Shown here: positions 29,725-39,328 of the stretch, piece after piece
How the letters are laid out: every line of letters begins with the position of its first letter
Numbering within the stretch: position 1 is the stretch's first letter
DNA from: Candidatus Cloacimonadota bacterium
Lineage (GTDB): Bacteria > Cloacimonadota > Cloacimonadia > G963667145
NCBI GenBank assembly: GCA_963667255.1
Contig: OY762940.1
Location: 992,001 to 1,056,000, forward strand
Direction: 5' to 3'
DNA length: 64,000 bases
Made by a program: the position numbers and the translations under genes
The notes under the pieces: generated by a model
What the model was told of the DNA's origin: nothing
Databases searched by the model: none
Seen by the model: the letters and a program-made list of their open reading frames with translations, nothing else

Positions 29725-30957
29725 ATGATTACATATTTATTGATTTTTCTGATAGTTATAGCTGTTCTCAATTTGCTTATTTTGCTGTTTAAAAACAATG
29801 GGGCGAATTTTATTAGTAAGCAAGACGAATTTCAAAAAAGTTTGATAGAGCTAAAAACGATTTTGGAGTTGATAGAAAAGCAAAATAAGGACGCTTTTGC
29901 TTTGGCGAGAGCGGAAGCCAATCAATCAGCCAAGGACAATCGTCAAGAGTTGCAGACCTCCTTGGAGCAATTTCAGAAGAGATTTGCAACCGAGATTAAG
30001 TCTATTGCTGAGGATATTGAAAAGCAGTTGCGATTTATTCGTGAGGACAATACCAAGCAATTAGACCAGATGCGAAAAACTGTGGACGAGCGGTTGCAGA
30101 CGACTCTTGAGAAGAGATTGGGAGAGTCTTTCAAGCAGGTTTCCTTGCGACTTGAGCAGGTTCACAAGGGACTGGGAGAGATGCAAACTATTGCCAGTGG
30201 AGTCGGCGACCTCAAGAAAGTTTTGACCAATGTTAAGACTAGAGGTGTTTTGGGCGAGTATCAGTTGGAAAATATTTTGGAGCAGATACTTACTCCAGAG
30301 CAATATTCCAAGAATGTCGCTACCAAAAAGGGCTCTTTGGCTAATGTTGAGTTTGCTATCAAGTTGCCTGGCAAAGATTCCGATAAAAATATTTGGCTTC
30401 CCATAGACTCCAAGTTTCCGATTGAGGACTACCATTTGCTGTTGGATGCTTATGATAAGGGAGATAAGGCGGAAATTTTGGCGATACAGAATTTGCTTTT
30501 GCGGAAGATTGAGGGCTTTGCCAAAGATATAAGTTCCAAATATATCAATCCGCCGAACACCACAGATTTTGCGATTATGTTCTTGCCTGTTGAGGGTTTG
30601 TATGCCGAGGTTCTTCGTCATTCTGGTCTCTTTGAGGTTTTGCAGAATAAGTATAAGATTATCGTTACCGGTCCAACCACTCTATCGGCTGTGCTGAACA
30701 GTTTGCAAATTGGCTTCAGAACATTGGCTGTGCAGAAACGCAGTAGTCAGGTTTGGGATGTTTTGAAAGAGGTTAAATACGAATTTGAACAGTTCAGTGC
30801 TATCTTGGTAAAGGCTCACAGGCAATTGGGCACGGCTTCCGGCACTTTGGAAAACCTAATCACCACTCGGACAAATGTGATGGAGAGAAAATTGCGAGGT
30901 GTGGAACAAGTGGACAAATTGGAAGATAAATTGATTGAAAATTTAGAAAATAGTTGA
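29725..30957 (+). CDS. rmuC: DNA recombination protein RmuC
   Basis: N-terminal TM and coiled coil; KTRGVLGE.QL, PIDSKFP, DFAIMFLP.EG. Confidence 0.93.
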   Translation: MITYLLIFLIVIAVLNLLILLFKNNGANFISKQDEFQKSLIELKTILELIEKQNKDAFALARAEANQSAKDNRQELQTSLEQFQKRFATEIKSIAEDIEKQLRFIREDNTKQLDQMRKTVDERLQTTLEKRLGESFKQVSLRLEQVHKGLGEMQTIASGVGDLKKVLTNVKTRGVLGEYQLENILEQILTPEQYSKNVATKKGSLANVEFAIKLPGKDSDKNIWLPIDSKFPIEDYHLLLDAYDKGDKAEILAIQNLLLRKIEGFAKDISSKYINPPNTTDFAIMFLPVEGLYAEVLRHSGLFEVLQNKYKIIVTGPTTLSAVLNSLQIGFRTLAVQKRSSQVWDVLKEVKYEFEQFSAILVKAHRQLGTASGTLENLITTRTNVMERKLRGVEQVDKLEDKLIENLENS

Positions 30958-31009
30958 CTATATCGCCTTGTTTTGTGCGTTCTACAGATGCGGAGGAAAT
31001 TTGAAATTT

Positions 31010-32455
31010 ATGAAAAAATTTATATCATTGGTGATTCTCGGTTTGCCGTTTTGCCTTTTCGCAGGCGACTTCACTTTCACGGGTAAAGGTGCTGCCGGAT
31101 CTATCACTCTCAACGACGAAATTTATAACAAGGTTGCGTTGGCACCTGAGTTTTCCGTGTGGAAATTCGCTTTGGGTCTGAATATCGAGCTTTTGTTTGA
31201 TAAAGACGGTAACATTTACAAGGACGATTGGGATGAAGCCGAAGATTATGCGGACAAAGTTTTATACCTTCGTTTTGCTCAAAAAGGTGACCCTTTCTAT
31301 TTCTTGTTCGGCAATATAAATTCCTACACTTTGGGCAACGGGCTCATTATGAAAAATTACACCAACACTTTGCTTTATCCCGACAATCGCAAATTGGGTG
31401 CGATGGTTGGTTTCAATGTCAAAAATTGGTCTGTTGAACTTTTTTCCTCCGATGTGATGGAGAACGACATTATGGCTACCAGAGTCGGCTATTCTCCGTG
31501 GAGTAGATTGCAAATCGGTTTGTCTGCGGCTGCGGATTTAGACCAATACAATGGGATTGTTGACCAAGACGGTGACGGCTATCCCGACATTTACGACGAT
31601 TACCCCTCAGACAAAGATTATTATGACACTTATCAAAAAAGCAAATCTAAATTGAAAGAGGTGTGGACTGGGACTGATGAGGCATTTGAAGAATATTTTA
31701 AAAAATTAGTGGCATCTAATAACCACAAAACAGTTAGTCAGTTGAAAAGTAAAGCTGGTTCTGATAAGGCGATTTACGAGATAGGTGCTGATTACACAGT
31801 GGACATTTATCGCGGGCGGACACTTTTTGTGCAACACTATGGCGAGGTTGCTCAGATTGTCGATCACGGCTATGGATTTGTCTTCCCTGGATTTATTGCC
31901 AAGTTCTTCATTTTTGATTTGAATGTGGGATTTAGGCATTATGCCGACGAATTTACCGCTCCGTATTTTGGCACTCTCTATGACCAAAATAGGATAAAGC
32001 TCTATGAGTCGGGAGATTCTGTTTTGGTGAAGACGAAAGAGGATGAGCTGAAAGATGCCAAGGCTGCTAACGGATGGCAAGGCACGCTCACCAGTGATAT
32101 TTACGGCATTGCGGAGTTGGTAGTGAGTTATAGCAGTATGTATTATGATGACGACGCCATGAAAGATAAAAATTACCAAGGATTTGAGAGCGTGTTCAAA
32201 TTGCACTCAGGAGTTGTTCCGTTTATCTCTACTGCTTATGTAAAATATTCTCAAGAGAATGAGCCGAATCTTTTCAGTGATTGGCAAACGGAAAACACCT
32301 ACATTGAGGGGAAAATTGGTGTCGAAGTCAGCAGTTCCACGGCAATTAGTTGGACTTACACGGAGAGATACAAAGATTTGGACGGCAACGGGAAAATAAA
32401 CGGTAGCCAAGAAACCATTTCTAATGTTAGTTTTGGTGTCGAGATGACATTTTAG
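31010..32455 (+). CDS. Hypothetical exported protein, probable beta-barrel with DxDxDG Ca-binding loops
   Basis: Signal peptide; DQDGDGYPDIYDDYP and DLDGNG; C-terminus FGVEMTF. Confidence 0.65.
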   Translation: MKKFISLVILGLPFCLFAGDFTFTGKGAAGSITLNDEIYNKVALAPEFSVWKFALGLNIELLFDKDGNIYKDDWDEAEDYADKVLYLRFAQKGDPFYFLFGNINSYTLGNGLIMKNYTNTLLYPDNRKLGAMVGFNVKNWSVELFSSDVMENDIMATRVGYSPWSRLQIGLSAAADLDQYNGIVDQDGDGYPDIYDDYPSDKDYYDTYQKSKSKLKEVWTGTDEAFEEYFKKLVASNNHKTVSQLKSKAGSDKAIYEIGADYTVDIYRGRTLFVQHYGEVAQIVDHGYGFVFPGFIAKFFIFDLNVGFRHYADEFTAPYFGTLYDQNRIKLYESGDSVLVKTKEDELKDAKAANGWQGTLTSDIYGIAELVVSYSSMYYDDDAMKDKNYQGFESVFKLHSGVVPFISTAYVKYSQENEPNLFSDWQTENTYIEGKIGVEVSSSTAISWTYTERYKDLDGNGKINGSQETISNVSFGVEMTF

Positions 32456-32482
32456 ATAAATTTTCAAAAGGGAAACAGATAG

Positions 32483-33868
32483 ATGATTAGAGTTAGATTT
32501 GCTCCATCGCCGACAGGCAAACTTCACTTGGGAGGTTTGAGGACAGCTCTTTACGATTATGCTTATGCCAAAAATCAAGGTGGGAAGTTCATTTTGCGTA
32601 TTGAGGACACAGACCAAACTCGATTTGTGGAAGGTGCGACGGAAAATTTGATAAATTCTCTAAAAACCATGGGTTTGGATTTCGATGAAGGTCCGACTTT
32701 CCAAAGTCAAAGGCTGGATATTTACAAGAAATACGCTTTGCAACTTGTGGAGCAGGGCAACGCTTACTATTGTTTTTGCACCAAGGACGATTTGGACAAG
32801 GCACGGCAACGCCAAAAAGAGTTGAAGTTACCGACAAAATACTCCGAAACTTGCCGGAATTTGTCCAAAGATGAGGTTGAAAAGAAGTTGCAAGAGGGGA
32901 TATCCTTTGTTATCCGTTTGGCGATGCCCAAGGACAGAGATTTTGTGATTTCGGATAAAGTGAGGGGCAAAGTCAAAATTGACTCTTCGCTTTTGGACGA
33001 TCAGGTTATTTTGAAATCGGATGGTTTCCCTACCTATCATTTGGCGGCTGTCGTGGACGACCATCTGATGGAAATTTCTCATGTTATCAGGGGCGAAGAG
33101 TGGCTCTATTCCACTCCGAAGCATATTTTCCTTTACGAATGTTTCGGCTGGAAACCGCCTGTTTGGGTGCATTTGCCATTGATTTTGAATGAGAATAAAT
33201 CAAAACTCAGCAAGCGAGACGGAGATTTTTCGGTTGGAAATTATCTTGAGAAAGGCTATTTGCCGGAGGCGATAATTAATTTTGTGGCACTTTTGGGGTG
33301 GAATCCCAAATCTGAAAAAGAGATTTTTGATTTGCAATATTTGTGCGACAATTTTTCTTTCAAGGCAGTCAACAAAGCTGGAGCAGTTTTTGATGAGAAA
33401 AAACTGGAATGGATGAACGGTCAGTATATTCGCCAAAAACCGCTTGAGGAGTTAGCCGGAATGTTGGAGCGATATTTTGTAGATGCGGACATTGACATCA
33501 GTGATAAGGCGAAATATCTGAAAGTCATTGGCGTGGCTAAAGATTATTTGGTGAGACTGCCGGAAGTTGTGCAATATTCGCAGATGTTTTATAGAGATTT
33601 GGAATTCACTGATGAGGACTTTGAGCTTTTGAACACTGAAGATTCTCAAAAGATTTTTAAGCACTATCTTGAAAATTTGTATGAAGGTCTTGACTTTGAT
33701 AAGTTTGTTAAAGAAACTTCCGTAGATTTGGGAATTAAAGGTAAATCTTATTTTTTCCCGCTTCGGTTGGCTTTGTTCGGCAATTCGTCCGGTCCCAATA
33801 TTCCCATTTTGATTGATGTTCTTGGATTGGACGAAACCCAAAAGAGATTGAAGCGAGTTTTAAATTGA
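32483..33868 (+). CDS. gltX: Glutamate--tRNA ligase
   Basis: RFAPSPTG.LHLG, LRIEDTD, HVIRGEEW, KLSKR. Confidence 0.97.
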   Translation: MIRVRFAPSPTGKLHLGGLRTALYDYAYAKNQGGKFILRIEDTDQTRFVEGATENLINSLKTMGLDFDEGPTFQSQRLDIYKKYALQLVEQGNAYYCFCTKDDLDKARQRQKELKLPTKYSETCRNLSKDEVEKKLQEGISFVIRLAMPKDRDFVISDKVRGKVKIDSSLLDDQVILKSDGFPTYHLAAVVDDHLMEISHVIRGEEWLYSTPKHIFLYECFGWKPPVWVHLPLILNENKSKLSKRDGDFSVGNYLEKGYLPEAIINFVALLGWNPKSEKEIFDLQYLCDNFSFKAVNKAGAVFDEKKLEWMNGQYIRQKPLEELAGMLERYFVDADIDISDKAKYLKVIGVAKDYLVRLPEVVQYSQMFYRDLEFTDEDFELLNTEDSQKIFKHYLENLYEGLDFDKFVKETSVDLGIKGKSYFFPLRLALFGNSSGPNIPILIDVLGLDETQKRLKRVLN

Positions 33869-33887
33869 AATTAGGAGAGGAGATAAA

Positions 33888-34988
33888 ATGAAAAAGGTAG
33901 TTTTGTTTTGTGTGTTTGTCGCATGCACATGCTGGAGTTGGGCTGAGGAAAAGTCCATAGAGAGTATGCTCATAGAGATGACGGGCGAAGTCGGTAAGGC
34001 TTATATAGCCCCGATTACAGATGGATTTTGCTCCAATATGAACGCCGGATTGTTTAACAAGGCACCAAAAGCGAAGGTCTTGGGCTTGGATATTGAAATT
34101 TCGGCGATAGCCATGGGGACTATGTTTTCAGGGAAAGATAAAACATTTGATATGGTTACTGGGGGGACGGTATCTTTGACCAAGGATATGGTAAAAACAT
34201 TGGCGAAAACAATCGCTGGTTCAGGAGCAACTGATGCTGTTATCACTGCTCTGACTGAGGAACTTTGGAAGGAATTTGGAGGTTCAGGTACCACTGCTGC
34301 CAGTGTGCAAGTTAGAGCGTATGGTCCGACAGTTGCTGGCTCCAGCACTGATAAGGTTAAATTTGTTGTTCAAACCAAGACTACTTCTGTAACTGTTAAT
34401 GGGAAACCATACGATTTAAGCAGTGATGCGAATAAGACAATCGAAACTGATATAACCGGACTTGATTTGCCGATTATTCCTTTGGCTGCTTTTCAATTTT
34501 CTCTGGGAACTTTGTATGGGACGAAAGGGACATTTAGATTTTTACCACCAGTGGAGGTTGATGAGTCTATAGGCAAAGTTAGCTATTATGGTGGAGTGTT
34601 GCAACACAACCCCAAAATGTTTTTGCCTGTTTTGGATATTTTGCCTTTTGATTTGGGCTTGTCCGGTTCTTATCAGGTTTTTAAACTTGGAAGTATTATC
34701 AAAGCTACTGCATGGACAGCTGGAATGAATGTGAGCAAACAACTCGGTTGGAGATTTTTGAATATTACACCATATACAGGGCTTATGTTAGAGTCCAGCG
34801 AGATGAAATTTTCTTATAATTACACAATAGACGGTGTTACTTCACCCATTAATTTTAGTGCTGATGGTCCAAACAAATATCGCTTACCTCTTGGTTTGGG
34901 TATTAGATTAGGGATTCTTAATATTAGTGGCGAGTATTATTTTGCAAAGATGAGCGGGTTTTCTGCTAATTTAGCTTTAGCTTTTTAA
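33888..34988 (+). CDS. Exported protein, probable outer-membrane barrel (DUF6588-like)
   Basis: Signal peptide; C-terminal amphipathic strands ending FSANLALAF. Family name recalled, not verified. Confidence 0.6.
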   Translation: MKKVVLFCVFVACTCWSWAEEKSIESMLIEMTGEVGKAYIAPITDGFCSNMNAGLFNKAPKAKVLGLDIEISAIAMGTMFSGKDKTFDMVTGGTVSLTKDMVKTLAKTIAGSGATDAVITALTEELWKEFGGSGTTAASVQVRAYGPTVAGSSTDKVKFVVQTKTTSVTVNGKPYDLSSDANKTIETDITGLDLPIIPLAAFQFSLGTLYGTKGTFRFLPPVEVDESIGKVSYYGGVLQHNPKMFLPVLDILPFDLGLSGSYQVFKLGSIIKATAWTAGMNVSKQLGWRFLNITPYTGLMLESSEMKFSYNYTIDGVTSPINFSADGPNKYRLPLGLGIRLGILNISGEYYFAKMSGFSANLALAF

Positions 34989-35117
34989 GTGATAACAAGT
35001 TGTAACCTTGAGGAAAATAAAATTTTAGGAACTTTTCTTGACAGATGAAGTCAATGTTTGTCAGGTTTAGCGTATGCGAGAAGAGATAGTTTATTTTAAA
35101 GGTAATGGAATTTTGAT

Positions 35118-35363
35118 ATGAGACTTCCTTTTGTATTTGTGTTGTTTTTTGTCTTTATAATTTTGGTTGTGGCTAAAGTATTTTTCTTTTTTGTTATTAA
35201 ATTTTGGTTTTTGGCTTTGCCTATAGCAGGATATTTGGGATATAAAGTTTATAAATTTCAGAGGAAGTTCATTGCTAATCAGTCGTTTGTCAATAAGCAG
35301 AGCGACTCGGAGTTAGATCCTGATAAGCAAGTGAAAGGCGGGTCTTACAAGGTTGTTAAATAA
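35118..35363 (+). CDS. Small membrane protein
   Basis: Two hydrophobic segments and a charged tail; TTGACA upstream. Confidence 0.6.
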   Translation: MRLPFVFVLFFVFIILVVAKVFFFFVIKFWFLALPIAGYLGYKVYKFQRKFIANQSFVNKQSDSELDPDKQVKGGSYKVVK

Positions 35364-35393
35364 AGGTATTAAAATTAAAAGAAGAAATTTTAG

Positions 35394-37454
35394 ATGAATG
35401 TTAAATTAGTTGCTTATGTATTGGCGGGTTTGCTTGTTGTGATGGGCGGAGTTTACGCTGTTGGAGAGCTCATTTTTTCTGATGATGCAGTCAGTTCTAG
35501 AGTTGTGAACACTCCTGATGTGATAGATGACCCGCAGGAAGATGTCAGATCCAGTGTTGATAACGAATATGCAAAAATAGTTGAGCATTTTAATCAACAA
35601 GATTATGAGCAGGTCATTAGGTTGTCCAATCGGTTTTTGCAAGAGTATCCGAAGAACCATTTTACCTCTAATGTTTTGTTTAAAATTGCCGAAAGTTATT
35701 ATAGATTGGGTGATCTTGCAGAAGCACGAAACGGTTATAATGGTGTAATCAAAAGTTTCCCCGGGTCACAAATGGCTAAATATGCACAAATCAAATTGGA
35801 TCTCTTGGGAAAAGTTGATGATAGCAGTACTATGGACTCTTTTTTGAAATTGGAAACTCCGGAGAGTGGCTATCAGGAATGTCGGGATTTATACAAAGGT
35901 CGAGATTTTGACAAAGCCATCGAAGGATTTGAAGCTTTTTTGAGTAAATACCCTAATTCAGATTTGGCACCAAATGCTCAATATTGGTTAGCTGAGTGTT
36001 ATTATGGCAAAGACGATTTGCGTAGGGCGAAGAGAGAGTTTGAGAGAGTTGTAGAAAATTATCCTAATTCCCGCAAAGTTCCGTCTGCAAATCGTAAAAT
36101 TTTAATGAGTAGTCAAAAATTGGCTCGGAATGATACTGAAGACAAATTGAAGCATGTTTATGAAAGTTTGTATAAAAAATACGAAAAAAGAGATTATAAG
36201 GAAGCGATTTCCGGATTCAAAGATTTTATCCAAAAATACCCGGACAGTAAATATGTCCCTAATGCTTATTATTGGATAGCTGAGTGCTATTATGCTGCTG
36301 CTAATTATCAAGATGGAGTATACAATAATACTTTGATTAATTTTAAACTGTCACAAGATAATTTTCGAATTGTTATTAGCAAATTTCCCGATAATCAAAA
36401 AGCCGATGATGCTCGCATTAAATTGAAAAAAATTGAAAGAATTGTTTTCTATGTCATAGCTCGAAAAGCTTATTTGGCGAAAGACTATACAACGGCAATA
36501 GAGAATTTTAGAGAGTATGTCAATCGCTATCCATCGACTGAGTTGACTGCTAATTGTTTTTACTGGGCAGGTATTTGTTATTTTGAGCAGGAGCAATATG
36601 ATAATGCGTTAGCTGAGTTTGAAAAAGTTAGAAGTGAATACCCTAAGCATCACAAAGCGAAAGATGCTTTGATAAAAATAAATGAGATAAAAAAACTTCG
36701 AGCTGAAGGAAATGGAAATCCGGAAGAATTGTTTGATTCTGAGTTTGTAAGACTTGAGAAATATTATAAAAATGGCGAATTTGCCAATTTGGTTGTGGAA
36801 GGAGAGAGGTTTATTAGTAATAATCCCAATGATGTGAATGTGCCCAAAGCTATATTTTTGGTTGGAGAAGGTTACTATGAACAAGGCAATTTTGCTAATG
36901 CAATAGGGTACTATAAAAGAATTCTTGATGAAAATTTATTACCAAAAGAGCAAGAAATTGTGCAAACGAGATATGATAACTGTTTGAGAAATTTGGATGG
37001 TAATTCTACGCCATCGCAGAGTGAAGAGGGAATTTCTCCTACAACGAACACCATTTCTGATGATAAAGCAAAATTAAATGAAGGTGTAAAGTTATGTTTT
37101 GACGGACAATGGAATGAAGGTATAAATATTCTTTCTTCCCTAAAGGGGAAATTTACTCCTGGGTCTGAAGACCAAGCCCTTTTATTTACTTGGATTGGTG
37201 CTTATTATTACAATTCAAAAGATTACGCTAAAGGTAAGTATTACTATTCCAAGGTTGATGCTGATAAATTGAGGTTGAAAGATAAGGATATGTATTATAG
37301 TGGTTTTGCTTTTTCGTGTTATCGCGTGAACGATTTCGATTTGGCTTTGAACCTTATTGAGCAATTTAAGCAGAATTTTAATCCTGACAATACATATTAT
37401 AATGGTCTTGAAACTCTTAAATCTGCCATTATTAGAAGACAACAAGGAAATTAA
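35394..37454 (+). CDS. Membrane-anchored TPR protein with multiple CpoB/YbgF-like units
   Basis: Repeated F...YP.S..APNA.YW.AECYY and YP.S.K..A motifs. Confidence 0.85.
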   Translation: MNVKLVAYVLAGLLVVMGGVYAVGELIFSDDAVSSRVVNTPDVIDDPQEDVRSSVDNEYAKIVEHFNQQDYEQVIRLSNRFLQEYPKNHFTSNVLFKIAESYYRLGDLAEARNGYNGVIKSFPGSQMAKYAQIKLDLLGKVDDSSTMDSFLKLETPESGYQECRDLYKGRDFDKAIEGFEAFLSKYPNSDLAPNAQYWLAECYYGKDDLRRAKREFERVVENYPNSRKVPSANRKILMSSQKLARNDTEDKLKHVYESLYKKYEKRDYKEAISGFKDFIQKYPDSKYVPNAYYWIAECYYAAANYQDGVYNNTLINFKLSQDNFRIVISKFPDNQKADDARIKLKKIERIVFYVIARKAYLAKDYTTAIENFREYVNRYPSTELTANCFYWAGICYFEQEQYDNALAEFEKVRSEYPKHHKAKDALIKINEIKKLRAEGNGNPEELFDSEFVRLEKYYKNGEFANLVVEGERFISNNPNDVNVPKAIFLVGEGYYEQGNFANAIGYYKRILDENLLPKEQEIVQTRYDNCLRNLDGNSTPSQSEEGISPTTNTISDDKAKLNEGVKLCFDGQWNEGINILSSLKGKFTPGSEDQALLFTWIGAYYYNSKDYAKGKYYYSKVDADKLRLKDKDMYYSGFAFSCYRVNDFDLALNLIEQFKQNFNPDNTYYNGLETLKSAIIRRQQGN

Positions 37455-37462
37455 AAAAACAT

Positions 37463-37939
37463 ATGGAATATATTACAGCTATTGGAATAAAAAAATTGAA
37501 CGAAAAATTGGAAGCGCTGAAAGCGAGCTTACCGGAAGTTATGGGGCATGTGGCATCGGCAAGGGAGATGGGTGATTTGTCGGAAAATGCGGAGTATCAT
37601 GCGGCTCGTGAGCGGAAAAGAAATATTGAGAACGAAATTGGATATATCTCTTCGCGATTGCAAAAGTTGCAGGTAATTAATCCGCAAACTATGGACGATT
37701 CAGCGGTTAGGTTTGGCTTTTGCATAAAGATTAAAGAGAAAGCGACAGGCGAAATCTCTAATCATATTTTGGTAGGAGTTGATGAGATTGATTTTGATTT
37801 TGGAGATAGTGTTGTCCCAATCTCTTTCTTGTCGCCGATAGGCAAGGCACTTATTGGCAAGAAGGTCGGAGAAGAGTTTGTAGTTAGTGCTCCTTCGGGA
37901 GATATCACTTATTCCGTAGTGGGAATTTGGAGAGGTTAG
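37463..37939 (+). CDS. greA: Transcription elongation factor GreA
   Basis: AREMGDLSENAEYHAA, IS.LSPIG.ALIGK. Confidence 0.93.
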   Translation: MEYITAIGIKKLNEKLEALKASLPEVMGHVASAREMGDLSENAEYHAARERKRNIENEIGYISSRLQKLQVINPQTMDDSAVRFGFCIKIKEKATGEISNHILVGVDEIDFDFGDSVVPISFLSPIGKALIGKKVGEEFVVSAPSGDITYSVVGIWRG

Positions 37940-39322
37940 ATGGTGGCTGAAGAGTTATTATACGAGAAGAAAACAGCTTGGCGGAAGGAGAATAAAGAGG
38001 AAGTTTTTTCTTTTGCCGAAGAATATAAGATTTTTTTGAACAATTGCAAAACAGAGCGGCTCAGTGTTGATTATACATTAGGACTTTTGGAAAAAGCAGG
38101 GTTTAAACCTCTTGAGGAAGGTGGCTCTCGTGTTTACAGAATTTTCAAATCAAAAAGTATATCGTTTGCTATTTTGGGTAACGAGCCTATTTTGAATGGT
38201 GTGAATGTGATTGCTTCACACATAGATTCTCCACGGGTTGACCTCAAGCAAAATCCGTTTTATGAATCCGATGATGTGTGTATGGCGAAAACTCATTATT
38301 ATGGTGGAATCAAGAAGTATCAATGGTTGTCCACTCCTTTGGCTTTGCACGGGGTTGTGATAAAAGCTGATGGCGAAAAGGTTAAAGTTGATATAGGCGA
38401 AAACCCCGATGACCCCGTTTTTGTAATTCCTGATTTATTGCCACATCTTTCGAGGAAAGTGCAATACACAAAGAAGTTAACGGAAGCTTTTGATGCCAAT
38501 AAAATGAATTTGGTATTCTCTTCTATGCCTGCCTTTGGTGATGACGACAAGGAGATTAAGTCAAAGTTTAAGCTAAGGGCGTTGGAACTTTTGTCGGAGA
38601 AATACGGTGTCAAAGAGCAGGATTTTTTGTCTGCGGAGTTGAGTTTAGTTCCTGCAGGGCTTGCTCGTGATGCGGGGATAGATTCGTCTATGATTTTGTC
38701 TTACGGGCAAGATGACAGAGTTTGTTCCTATTGCGGGTTGAGGTCTGTTTTGGATTTAGGCGAGCATAATAAAACCGTAGTTTGCTATTTTGCCGATAAA
38801 GAAGAGATAGGTAGCGACGGTAATACAGGTGCGAAATCTGCGTTTTTCAAAAATTTTATTCAAGAACTTATGAAGCTTAACGGTGAAAGCTATGACAGCT
38901 ATTCGCTTGGTGTTGCTTTGTCCAACTCTCAAATAATTTCGGCTGATGTTTCGGCTGCTCTCAATCCCAACTATCCGGAAGTTCATGATAAGCAAAATGC
39001 GACTATTTTGGGTTCGGGAGTAGAGATTTCCAAGTTTGGAGGTGGAGGTGGTAAATACTCCTCCAGTGATGCCAGCAGTGAGTTCACTTCCAAACTTATT
39101 AGGATTTTTGAGAAAAACGGTATTTCGTGGCAGATGGGTAGTCTGGGCAAAGTGGATGAAGGTGGTGGAGGAACTATTGCTAAATTTTTGGCTGAATTGG
39201 GTGCAGATGTTATAGATTGCGGAACGGGATTGTTTGGGATGCACTCGTTGTATGAGTTATCCAGCAAAGTTGATGTTTACAATACTTATTTAGCCTATTC
39301 CAGTTTTTTGAGAGAGTGCTAA
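37940..39322 (+). CDS. M18-family aminopeptidase
   Basis: SHIDSPR, THYYGGIKKYQW, GQDDR, DKEEIGS, GGGGTI, MHS. Confidence 0.93.
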   Translation: MVAEELLYEKKTAWRKENKEEVFSFAEEYKIFLNNCKTERLSVDYTLGLLEKAGFKPLEEGGSRVYRIFKSKSISFAILGNEPILNGVNVIASHIDSPRVDLKQNPFYESDDVCMAKTHYYGGIKKYQWLSTPLALHGVVIKADGEKVKVDIGENPDDPVFVIPDLLPHLSRKVQYTKKLTEAFDANKMNLVFSSMPAFGDDDKEIKSKFKLRALELLSEKYGVKEQDFLSAELSLVPAGLARDAGIDSSMILSYGQDDRVCSYCGLRSVLDLGEHNKTVVCYFADKEEIGSDGNTGAKSAFFKNFIQELMKLNGESYDSYSLGVALSNSQIISADVSAALNPNYPEVHDKQNATILGSGVEISKFGGGGGKYSSSDASSEFTSKLIRIFEKNGISWQMGSLGKVDEGGGGTIAKFLAELGADVIDCGTGLFGMHSLYELSSKVDVYNTYLAYSSFLREC

Positions 39323-39328
39323 TTTCCT

